Source: Mobula birostris
Taxonomy: Eukaryota
Direction: 5' to 3'
DNA: 64,000 bases
Assembly: GCF_030028105.1 (NCBI RefSeq)
Contig: NC_092382.1
Span: 98,224,699-98,288,698, forward strand
The notes below the pieces were generated by a model, which was given only the letters and a program-made list of their open reading frames with translations, had not been told where the DNA came from and did not search any database. Below, one piece after another: positions 10,290-20,060 of this stretch (its first letter is position 1; the number at the start of each line of letters is the position of its first letter). The position numbers and the translations under genes are program-made.

Positions 10290-10680
10290 AGTTCACAACA
10301 TTGCATTGTTGTTTTTACATTCTAGTTGTTTGGAAATGAATGTTAGCATCTCATTTCCCTTCCTCAACTCTGGCTTAACCGACACATTCACCTTTGAGGA
10401 TCCTTTCTGGGGACTCCCAAGTCTCTTTCGACTTCAGGTTTTTGAATTTGTTCTCCATCTAGAAAATCGCCAAGGCATTTATTTATTCTACCGAAGTGCA
10501 TGACAATACAATTCCTGAGACTGCCATTTGTTCCCTTTTCTACTAATATGTCTAAGTCAGTCTGCGGCCACTGTGATTCCTTAAAAGAACCTGCTCCTCC
10601 ACCTATCTTCGTTCGGTCTGTAAACCTGGCCAGAAAACCATCAATTCCGTCATCCAAATCATTGACATTCAACGCGCCAA
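10290..10680 (-). mobile_element. CR1-type LINE RT fragment
   Basis: ORF 10388-10672 NVNDLDDGIDGFLARFTDRTKIGG...VERDLGV. Confidence 0.8.
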
Positions 10681-11259
10681 CCTTATCACTTGCTCAAATA
10701 TCAATGTAACTATTTCGTAAAGACTTAGTCCTTCCTTTTTCTTTCACGGGGATGCTTTGGGTCAAGTGTTTGGAAATTGGATTGTCTGACGTAGAACATG
10801 GAGCATTAGACCCTGACTCATATGAGCAGAATGTGGCATTCTGCGTGCGTCGCGTTTGCATGTTTTGTGGCTTCCGTTTAAAATCCCCAGATCCGCCGAC
10901 GCCCCCAAGTCCTGTGAAGGACGTCGCTTTCAGTGATTGGTGAACATGTACATCAATATCGCTTTGTTCCTCCAAACTACGCGGTGTTCCACCCTTCACA
11001 GTGTGTGCCCTACCCTTGTTATCCTATGGCTCCCCGTCTCTTAACAATCCCAACTATCCGGGCCTCTCCTATCTCTGTACATCAAAACCCCTCTGCCCCT
11101 CCACAGTCCCCACCAGACACAGTGTGTGCCCTACCCTGTACAGCGAGGTCCCTCTGTCCCTCGACACCTCCCCACCGTCCATGGTTTGTGTCCTACCCCG
11201 TATACTGAGGTCCCTCCGTTCCTCAACGTTCCCCACCATTTACGGCGTGTTTGTCAAAC

Positions 11260-11640
11260 ACTTATGCCGCGTTCTTGAACAGTCCGGTATTTCTCGTATT
11301 CTGTGTTTTCACCAGCAGACAAAGAAAATTACGAGCGGCAAATTGATCTTCGGGACGGAATATTGTTGGTGCACTCAAACGTACCGATGCTCCCAGACCG
11401 AAGATATGCGGGGAGGCAGCGCATAAGAAGTAAGAATGGAATGGAAATGTGAGTATGCGAATTGTCTTCACACAACTGAATGCTTCAGAAGAGGAGGAAA
11501 TTAAAAATTACGGTACAAGAGCAGTGCCTCTTGCTTCACTGATTGGACGCAACAGCGCCTACGACGTAGAACTACCTCCAACCATATGATTGACAGGAGT
11601 CGTGTTTCCTGTTTTGCTGACAGCAGCGAGTCTTCTGACG
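11260..11640 (-). pseudogene. Degenerate V-like relic (family X), third copy
   Basis: Promoter block shared with the 2.2, 3.4 and 8.1 kb copies. GTFEC remnant. Confidence 0.4.
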
Positions 11641-11645
11641 GTGAG

Positions 11646-12294
11646 AGTGTCTGTTCAGCTGTCCCGTCACTCTGAGCCGCCGTGATCACTCCAGGCGCAG
11701 AAATACACGGCCGACGAATTCGCCCCCAGTTTGTCCGACTTCAGGGAGATCTCGTTGCTTTCGATCTCTTCGCCGTAAAACCGTCGACCAATCCGTCTGG
11801 CCTGACGTACTTAGCTGCGGACCCTTTCCTGGGTATTGTCGGTACCCGTACAAGTAGTTAGTAGCACTGGTACTATCCTCTACTTACAACGCAAGGTCAC
11901 CTTCTGGCCGGGAGTTCCAGAGACAGCCGGAGTCTGGTGGATCGTCACCGAGGTCGCGTCTGGAAAAAGAGACGGGGGTGGCAAAATGCTTTGAGTGAAC
12001 AGGGAGACCCTGGTCAATAGGGAAGAGGAAAAGGAGGGAGCATTGAGAGAAGAGAGAAGAACTGAAGTCGGGAGAGCTCAAGAGGTGGACGGAATTCAGA
12101 GGGGACGGCTGAGGAAAGATCGTGTGAGGATGCTACGATTCGTAACTAAATATAGAAAGATTCGGAGACGACTGGAGTGTAAAGCAATTGAGGGGGATCA
12201 GAAAGGAAGAAAGAAGCAAAGAAATGAAAAGAATAATTTTTGTTCAAATTCACTCACAGTGGAAGGCGAGGATGACCTGCAGAACCAGAAACAT
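11646..12294 (-). pseudogene. Family-A V pseudogene (frameshifts, degenerate nonamer)
   Basis: Leader 12258-12294 (MFLVLQVILAFH). V exon 11685-11959 is frameshifted after Cys23 and ends VYFCAWSD. RSS CACGGCG(11684-11678)-23-ACAGACACT. CRE-like AGTGACGTAG at 12386-12395. Confidence 0.9.
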
Positions 12295-13853
12295 CTTCCT
12301 TGGCGGGTTTATTCTCTCAGCGATGAAAGCGCTGCGTGCATCAGAGACGAATCCATTCACTTCATCCCCGCTTGTTACGTGTCCCAGTGACGTAGGTGGA
12401 TTTGCGGAAGTAGCGATCAGCAACGCCCCTTCTATGAGACCGCCCCGATTCGAGGGATGTGTTGCTTCCGTTCCAGAGGGTTTGACCACCCATCACTCTC
12501 GCTCTCTCTCCCTATCACTCCCTCCCTGTTTCTCCCTCTCCCCGCTATATCTCATTCTGTACTGTTTTTATATATACTCCAAATGTTTTTGCCGTATATG
12601 CCTCCCAGTCTTTAGTTTTTCACCAACCATCTCCTCCCTTTGGTTCCACTCTTCGTCCCCTTTCCTCTGTGGTCCCCTCTGCTCTCATCTCGGAAATCTT
12701 CTTCCACCGTCTATGTCTTCCATGTACTGTACCGCCTTCCAGCTTCCCATAAAATGTGTCCTCCCCAATACGCACTCAACTGGCCTGAACTATCACCGAC
12801 CGTCTTGTGGTCCTTCTCATTTGGTACTTTATTATTCTATATTCCCTTCCAGTTCCGCTGGGATGTCTCGGTACTAAACATTGACTCGTTATTCCCCTCC
12901 ATAGATATACTAGACGTATTGAGTCTCCCAACGCCTCTTGTTTGTAGGCCACAGGACACAGAGTGCACGTCTCTCATCCACCGCTTCCCATAGTCAACGC
13001 TCGGGTTTAGCTCCGCTTCGTTCTTCTCTGAACCAGTTGGAACGAATGCATACGTTCGATCCAAATTAGCCGAATGCCCTCCTAACTCTCTCCCCAGCGG
13101 AATTCTCTCTTTCTCCCACTCTCTCTCTCACTGAAGATTATTCTCTTCCCCTACATCTTCATGAACGCCTCTCAGTCACAAATAAGCTGAAGTTGTTTGC
13201 CGGGCGCATTGACTATCTCCTTCTATGTCTGTCTCGCTATCACTCCAACCCTCTCCCTATCTACTGTTCTCTCTCTCTCTCTGTCTCTCTCTCTCTCTCT
13301 GTCCATCATCTAGCTAAAAATATATCTTTAAATCTATCTGTCTGCCTTTCTTCCTGTCTGTCTATTTATTAATCCATCTATCTAGTTATATTCATGTCTA
13401 GATATTACCTATTTATTTTATGTTTAGTACTTTGTTTACAGAATGACTTCGTCTTGTCAGGCAGCCTCAACGAAACATTAGGGAGAAGGGACGTTACGTC
13501 AGAGAAAGGCTTGACTCAGGCACAGCTGGCGTATTGCCCAGAATGATGCACAAAGCGATGAATGTGCAGGATGTAGGTGTAGGGAAACTGCATATAGTTG
13601 GAAGTCTCAACCCAGTTGGCCTTACTCGGAAGCTCTGATCAAAACGGTCATGTAACGAAGAACCACCATGCAGTCTGAGTACACACCAGTCTGATCATCG
13701 GAGGAAGGCTTTCACCGAAACAAAAAAAACAAAACGGGTGCAAAGATATCTGTGTAGAATCGCTACAGCCACTTTAATCCCTAACAAGACAAATGCATGA
13801 CAAGAGCAGGTGCGATATCGTCGCCCTTTGTTTCTCTCAGTGGCAGCATCGCA

Positions 13854-13867
13854 GCGCCATCTGTCGG
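13854..13867 (-). promoter_or_regulatory. CTCF-like motif CCGACAGATGGCGC, 41 bp behind the RSS of the intact V
   Basis: One mismatch to consensus. Same orientation and spacing as the other RSS-linked motifs. Confidence 0.55.
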
Positions 13868-13908
13868 ACAGGATCACACCCACACTTATATTAACATCAA
13901 GACGGTGA

Positions 13909-13947
13909 GGTTTTTGTTCATCTCCTCCGTCTGACTCAGTCGCTGTG
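13909..13947 (-). other. 23-RSS of the intact V: CACAGCG-23 nt-ACAAAAACC
   Basis: Heptamer 13947-13941, spacer 13940-13918, perfect nonamer 13917-13909. Confidence 0.95.
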
Positions 13948-14245
13948 TCACGCCAGGCACAGAAGTACACGGCTGATGAATTCGCCTCCAAGGCGACGGA
14001 GATCAGCCTGAAGATGTAGCTGCTCGGTCTCTCTGCGGTGAAGCCAGACAGCGGCCCCTTCGGTTGCACGTTACCGGTAAACGTAGAGTAGAACAAGTTC
14101 TCGAGCCCCTGTCCCGGGTACTGTCTGTACCAGAACATTCTATCAGCCGCGTTGCTGCTCCCCTCGACAGTACAGTTCAGAGTCACAGCCCGGCCGGTGG
14201 GACTGGAGAAAGCCGGAATCTGGCGGATCGTCACCGGGGTCACGT
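13948..14245 (-). CDS. TRBV: T-cell receptor beta variable segment, V exon (apparently functional, TRBV30-like)
   Basis: AG acceptor. Open frame VTPVTIRQIPAFSSPTGRAVTLNCTVEGSSNAADRMFWYRQYPGQGLENLFYSTFTGNVQPKGPLSGFTAERPSSYIFRLISVALEANSSAVYFCAWR with Cys23/Trp41/Cys104. The TI.Q..., CTVEG, LFYS and CAW motifs recall mammalian TRBV30. Chain assignment is by recognition, not search. Confidence 0.88.
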
Positions 14246-14500
14246 CTGAATAAGAGAGTGGGAGTGAAAAGAGGTGAGTATGCGGACGGCGAGAACGACG
14301 GTGTAGAGGAGGGGGAGGATTGAAGTCGGGGTATTTTTGGGCGACGATCGGTACGAAGACGTCCCGACGAAGAAAGATCAGTGTGAGGATGGAAATGTGC
14401 GGAGAAAAGCGCAGAATAAGACAGAAAAGGCACAGGACAAGAGGAAGCGAGGATTACCCGAGGGAAAAGAGAGGAAAAAGTGGTAACAAATTTCCCTCAC

Positions 14501-14537
14501 AGTGGAAGGAGACGATCAGTTGGAGAAACAGCAACAT
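14501..14537 (-). CDS. TRBV: Leader exon of the intact V (MLLFLQLIVSFH, phase-1 donor GTGAGG)
   Basis: 37-nt exon that splices in frame (T+AC) to the V exon at 14245. Confidence 0.85.
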
Positions 14538-14719
14538 CTCCCCTGGAGGTTTATTCCGTCCAATGTGAAACTGTTGTGTCCAGGAGCATTGAACCCACAC
14601 ACTTCAGTCACGCTTGTCATGTAACTCACTGAGCTAAATGGTCATTGGTGCTCCGGATGGCCACTCCCTCTGCTTCTTTTCGCCAATCAGATTCGAGGCA
14701 TACACAGTTATACTTTTCC

Positions 14720-14890
14720 GATGGCCATTATTCCTGTCTTGTGCTTGGAATTGGGTGAAGAAAGGGTCGATCAACTGGCCACGGAATTTCCCCATTCCGG
14801 TGTTCCGGTGTTATCGATCGGAAAAGTGCTCGGAGTGATTATTTGTACAGAGAGAGCAAACCGCAGGTTCGAAGCTTTTCGCCCGGGGCT
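14720..14890 (-). pseudogene. Degenerate V-like relic (family D)
   Basis: PGEKLRTCGLLSLYK*SLRALFRSITPEHRNGEIP. Paralogue at 5745-5887. Confidence 0.4.
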
Positions 14891-15231
14891 CTCACTTCTA
14901 TCGCTCTCTTTCTCTCTCTGTCCCTCTGTCCCTCCCCCCTTCCTCCTATCTCCCTCTCTCTCTTCCCCCACTCTCTTCCCTCCTCTCTCACCCCCTCCCT
15001 GACTATAGATCCTGCTGATTTCCTCAGTGATCATAACTCCATTATCGGTGTATATCTTTATTTATTTATCTTGATATGCATCTGCGTATTTCTGTCTGAA
15101 TAGACCGATCTCATTTCGCAAATTATGATCGATGATTTACTTTATTTGCCCCATCTACATGGAACGTCAATGACCAGCACGATTCTCTCTATTCAGATAG
15201 ATCTATAGACAGTGAGATACATAGATAGATC

Positions 15232-15273
<42 letters not shown>

Positions 15274-15692
15274 CAGACAGACATGCAGTTAGATAGATAG
15301 ATAAGTAGATAGATGCACAGTTAGATGGATAGATAGATAGTCCAACATGACTGAATATAACCATTTAATCACAGAACTCTAGTTTCGTTCTTGTTCTGCT
15401 CGGCCGTAGCACATCCCAGCTCTATAAAAGCTCCGATGGATGAGGTCGAGGTTGGGACGTTTTTCCCTCGCCGCACAGTCTACCTGTGACTCAGCTTTCA
15501 CCTTGGTCCTTTCTGATGATCAATGGATCAGATAAAAATCTAATTAATGAAAGCTGAAACACGCGAAGGCGTGCAGTGCAGGGAAAGGTGTATGAAAGGC
15601 ACGGTCCTGTACCTCGGAGCTGAGCAATACCGGACCAGAGTAAAATGGATCCTATGCCAGATACAAAATGAGTTGTGAAACGCAATCTGCTA

Positions 15693-15706
15693 CTGCCCCC
15701 TAGTGT
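15693..15706 (-). promoter_or_regulatory. CTCF motif ACACTAGGGGGCAG, 30 bp behind the RSS nonamer
   Basis: One mismatch to consensus. Paralogous to 6650-6663. Confidence 0.7.
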
Positions 15707-15736
15707 TGCAAAGCAGCTTATAAACCTCTCAGCGAA

Positions 15737-16175
15737 GGTTTATGTCACACCAGACTCAGCCTGTCTAGCTCTGTGCGCTAATACAAGTGCAAAAGAAAAC
15801 GTCGGAGTGGGAGGGCGAGACGCCTTTGACTTGCTGTTTGAACAGTGTGCTGCTAGTTCTCGTGGCAGTGCAGGGATCGGTTGTATAATTCGTGACGATG
15901 CCTTGCCCAGCAGAGAGGATAAGAGCTTCTACTGCCCGACAGAGTCTCTGTCTGTACCATAACATAGTGCTATTGCCGGTATTCAGCAGCATCCACGTGA
16001 CGTTGACTGACTCCCCAACTCCAATTGACAAGGAGGGAGGCATCTGTTCCACGTGCCCGACCAGAACCCCTGCAAGATGGAAATTATATCAGACTCTAAC
16101 TTTCTCTCAATAGTCACCCAGGTATTCTACAAAATTAGAAAGAAGGTACGCGCGCCCCTAAAAATTCCCGGCCAT
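15737..16175 (-). pseudogene. Family-B V pseudogene (stop in leader, Cys23 replaced by Trp)
   Basis: Leader 16118-16175 has TAG at codon 6. V exon 15776-16069 is open: VEQMPPSLSIGVGESVNVTWMLL..WYRQR..FFCTCIS. RSS CACAGAG(15775-15769)-23-ACATAAACC(15745-15737). Confidence 0.85.
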
Positions 16176-16447
16176 CCTTATATTAAGTACAAATAATTTA
16201 AGCACTTCAGTTGTAAATCTTGCTGTGGCTCAAAGCGGGGTTGCCAAATTTCTTCAGCTTCGTAAGAAATTCGAGGCGGCCACTGTTTTTATTTTGCGTG
16301 AAGTGTTTCTGAATTACTTCATTTAACCTTGCCTTTTTCCCTGTCTAATTTCCTGATATTACCTACTGGATTGGTTGGATAGAAAGAATCAAAAGGCAAT
16401 TGCAGTGTGATGCTGGACGCGACCCGGACAGTGAAGCTCAATGTGCA

Positions 16448-16461
16448 GCGACCCCTAGTGG
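16448..16461 (-). promoter_or_regulatory. CTCF-like motif CCACTAGGGGTCGC, 42 bp behind a stranded nonamer
   Basis: One mismatch to consensus. Nonamer ACAAAAACT at 16512-16504. Confidence 0.7.
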
Positions 16462-16525
16462 TGGGAAATAGTAGCTTCTGAGCCTTCAGCGATTGTGCAG
16501 AACAGTTTTTGTCAGAGGCGGCTCG

Positions 16526-16709
16526 CCCTCCAAGGATGATGTTTCTGTTTCTGCAGTTCATCCTCGGCTTCCGCTGTAAGTGAACGTTCCCAAATATATA
16601 TATTTTCTTCACTTCTGCCCTCCTGTCACATTCCCTTCAGTTGTCGTCTTGGACTCATTATTGTTGAGTTACTAGCCCTCGCGTCCGCGCACTTGCCGCC
16701 TCTAAATTC
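16526..16709 (+). repeat. 184-bp inverted copy of the 9030-9213 leader/intron segment inserted in an RSS spacer
   Basis: Manual alignment gives the same length and 3 mismatches. It carries ATGATGTTTCTG...GTAAGT on the plus strand. Confidence 0.92.
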
Positions 16710-16714
16710 CTGTG

Positions 16715-17146
16715 CGCTACTACAGGCGCAGAAATAGTCGGCCGAGTGAGAGTGCGAGGCGTTCTTTACTTCCAGTTGAAAGAAAGTACTGCTGGATCTT
16801 CTTGCCGTGTAGGATTCCGACGTGTAATTCCTGACTATATCTTTCCCATTAGAATGGAAAAGAGCTTCTATTGCTCCGTCCGCTCGCTGTCTGTACCAGA
16901 ACATATGATCATAGTCCGAATTCAGCAGCGTGCATTGGACGGTGATTGACTCCCCAAATCCAACTGACGGGGAAGGGGGCGACTGCTTCACGTATGCGGC
17001 CAGAATCCCTGTAAGGGAGAAATTGCATTAGAGCCTAACTTATCTCAACAAATGGTAGCCCGTTCTCTGAACCTGAGTTACCTTCCCCAGAACCATTGTT
17101 ATTCTGACTTATGCGGGATAAATGCCACGATCAGCGGAACACAATA
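16715..17146 (-). pseudogene. Family-B V with open V exon, mutated leader donor (ATAAGT) and split RSS
   Basis: V exon 16715-17008: ILAAYVKQSPPSPSVGFGESITVQCTLLNSDYDHMFWYRQRADGAIEALFHSNGKDIVRNYTSESYTARRSSSTFFQLEVKNASHSHSADYFCACSS. Heptamer CACAGGA 16714-16708. Putative leader YCVPLIVAFIP ends at 17113; its start is uncertain. Confidence 0.85.
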
Positions 17147-17262
17147 TGTTTCCCGCAACACCATTCACAGAGTGGATACTGGCGGGAATCGGGATGGAGT
17201 GCCGTTCAAGACCAGCCTTCAGAAGTAATGTACTGTGTTGCGCGATATAATTGCTGGTGCCG

Positions 17263-17292
17263 ATTGGCTCTATGACGTCTGTCACTTCCTGT
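17263..17292. promoter_or_regulatory. Compact promoter: CCAAT (17263-67), CRE TGACGT (17273-78), ETS ACAGGAAGT (17292-84)
   Basis: Motifs read directly, ~120-150 bp upstream of the family-B leader. Confidence 0.65.
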
Positions 17293-17400
17293 GTAACTGA
17301 TGGGCGGTACGTTTTCCTTCTGTCGTCATTCGAAAGCCGGAGGAGAGTGGAGGTCGCAGTTTCTGCAGTGTCGCTTTCGTGAGGAATCGTAACTACAGGA

Positions 17401-17401
<1 letters not shown>

Positions 17402-17440
<39 letters not shown>
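17402..17440. repeat. (CA)n microsatellite
   Basis: Direct reading. Confidence 0.95.
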
Positions 17441-17865
17441 GCACACCTCTCTCTCTCTCACACACACACACAGAAACATTTTCACGCGCACACACATAAA
17501 CACACACAGACATACGCACAAACAAACACGCACACATGCAAACACATCTGTGTATGGGGATAACAGGGATTTCGTAGTCGGTGAATGAAGCTGCTATCGT
17601 TACATATCATCTATGGGAAAATCGCTTGCATTTCCTGGTTAGAACAGAAACCAGCAATAATGCTCAATGTATTTCACACCCAGGGTGGAGTCTGTCGCTT
17701 CTCGGAAAGGAATACGGCGAAAAAGCAGAAGGAGCGGCGAACTTATCATGTATGTATGTATGTATCTATCTATCTATCTTTCTGTGTGTCTATCTATATA
17801 TCTGTCCATCAATCTATCTACCCTGTGTACCTACCGCTCTCTCTAGCTCTCTCACACCTCTCTCA

Positions 17866-17867
<2 letters not shown>

Positions 17868-17916
<49 letters not shown>

Positions 17917-17925
17917 CTATCTATC
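17868..17925. repeat. (CT)n/(CTAT)n microsatellite
   Basis: Direct reading. Confidence 0.9.
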
Positions 17926-18499
17926 CAGCTATCTCTCTATCCACCTATCTCACTGAATTTGGCGTAATGATTTTCTGTGTGTCTACTGTCTCACTGACTC
18001 TGGACCTGCAGATTGAAAAAGCGTGAAAGTCACGGGGAATTTCGTGACGAGTCGATGCAGAAGTTGTGGTTATACGGCAACCAAAGAACGTCGTTTGTCT
18101 CCAGGTAGGAAAACAAACGAAAGATGAACAGCAGCTCAATATGCTCCTGCCTCGGGTCGGGAAATCTCTCCTCCAGACGGAATACTGCGAAAGATGAGAA
18201 GGAGCAGCGAAGGTCTGCAGAGGTGATGATAAAGACAACACAACATACACTCAGTGGCTTCATTATTAGGTACAGTTACGGACTGACTACATAGATATTC
18301 CGCTCTGTCCGTTGACAATCTGCTCTAACATCCATGTCGCCGTCAATCATCGGGTCGTTTTCAACCTTACAAACCCATCTGTCCACGTTTTCATTCAAGC
18401 TACTCAGACGACGTGACCATTTTATTGGACAGGTCTACACCAAATAGTTGGTGCAAATGTCATCAGTCAACCTTGTTGCAGCAAGTCAATGCATAAGAG

Positions 18500-18930
18500 C
18501 ATGCAGAAAAGGTCAAGAGGTTCAATAGAATAGGTGCAGGAGCAAGCCATTCGGCCCCTCGAGCCAGCACCGCCATTCACTGTGATCATGGCTGATCATC
18601 CACAATCAGTATCCCGTTCCTGCCTTATCCACATAAACTTTAATTCCATTATCTTTAAGAGCTCTATCCATCTCTTTTATTTTTTGAAAACATCTGGAGA
18701 GAAGGCATTCTGGGGCAGAGCATTCCACACATCCAACACTCTCTGGGTGAAAAGATTTCCCTCAACTCCGTTCTAAATGGCCTACCCCTTATTCTTAAAC
18801 TGTGGCTTCTGCTTCTGGACTCACCCATCAGCGGGAACATGCTTCCTGCCTCCAGCGTGTCAAATCCCTTAATAATCTTATGTGTTTCAATCAGATCCCC
18901 TCTCATCCTTGTAAATTCCAGTGTTCCATT
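18500..18930 (-). mobile_element. CR1-type LINE 3' end
   Basis: ORF 18664-18948 MRGDLIETHKIIKGFDTLEAGSMFP..SRGHSLRIRGRPFRTELR. Confidence 0.8.
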
Positions 18931-19129
18931 TCTATTCAGCCTAAACATCAGAATAGGGAAGAAATATGATCTAATTTACTCCGACTGAAGAACGCTTATT
19001 AGTGCCAATCCGGGAGAGGTTGCGTATCTCAGAAATAACTGATATCCTGGGATATTAACAAACAACGTTCTTTAGTGTTTAGAGAGAATGGTGCGAAAAA
19101 CTATTGTGGTGATTATGTGGGTGAAAACG

Positions 19130-19335
19130 CCCTGCTAATGCCCGAGGATAGAGGAAAACGGCCGGACTCTTTCACGGTGAGTGGAAGGCGACAGTAATTC
19201 AAACAACCACGTGTTACAACAGTGGTTTTCAGAAGAGCATCTCTGAATGCACAATATATTGAACCTTGGAGCAGTTGGGCTGCAATAGCAGAGGACCACG
19301 ATCACACAGTGAGTGGCCATTTTATTAGGTACAGC
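19130..19335 (-). mobile_element. Tc1-derived non-autonomous element fragment (similar terminal pieces at ~18245-18480)
   Basis: Terminal motif GTACCTAATAAAA..TGGCCACTCA and internal text of a kind typical of fish Tc1 MITEs. Recognised by eye only. Confidence 0.5.
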
Positions 19336-19589
19336 AGGTCACCAAAAGGATGATCTCCCCATTAATTACATATGTCGAAAAGACATAGATGTTTGCGAGA
19401 TATTAGCATTTGTACAGATGCATCCGTAGAGCAAACTTTTACAGATGCACCGGTATAACATTTGCGCGTTGCTGCGTGCCGTTCGAGTAGGACAATGTGC
19501 AGCGATACACAGAGTACTGCTGCCCCCACGTGGCGAAAATTCCGTTCTGCACCTCTTGGTGAATAGGATCAAGGTATTTCCTGGTTTGA

Positions 19590-20060
19590 AACTCGCGGTC
19601 TAGCGCTGTTGCTGGCGTGTGGAAAAGTGCAACATTGGACGTTTCAGGCCAAGACTCTTCATCAGGACTGAGAGTGGAAAGTGGACGGAGTAGGGGTGGA
19701 GGATGATGCCTGAATTAAAAGTTGCGGGATGGGTAAAAGACCACTGGAGGTTGATAGGTGAAGACAGGTGGAAGGGAAAGGTCAAGGGCTGGAGTGGGAA
19801 GAATATGATAGGAGAGGAGAAGGAAAACAGGGGAAGGGGAAGTAGGAGAGGGCTAAGGGGGAACTAACAGTCAGGCGAGAAGAAATAGAAGGTAACGGTA
19901 AGACACACCATCAGGTTGGAAGGTACAGTACCTAGATGGAATAGAAGAGGTTGTTCCTCTACCTTGAGGGTGGCCTCTTCTTGACCCGAAGGGTCGTCAT
20001 GGACCGACACGTTGAAAGGTGAAGGGGATTCGGAATTACAATGCTAGGCCACAGTGAATT
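19590..20060 (-). mobile_element. Penelope-like fragment with a degenerate hammerhead motif (19634-19670)
   Basis: CAGTC-CTGATGA-AGAGTCTTGGCCT-GAA-ACGT-C with a mutated stem I partner. Purine-rich tract as in 400-700. Confidence 0.6.

Noticed and set aside
7944-11124. Plus-strand CACAGTG heptamers at 7944, 9783, 10997 and 11118 as D/J 5' RSSs
   Set aside because: No nonamer-like sequence at 12- or 23-nt spacing where checked, and no FGxG J motif. Most lie in a degenerate local repeat.
13695-13947. C-terminal extension of the 182-aa ORF as a longer single-exon protein
   Set aside because: It is read-through of the RSS and flanking DNA past the V coding end.
1432-17146. Interpretation as IgH/IgNAR/IgL clusters or germline-joined VDJ genes
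   Set aside because: No octamer promoters and no closely linked D-J-C mini-cluster. V ends are CAW/CACS with 23-RSSs and CRE promoters. No V is fused to a J.
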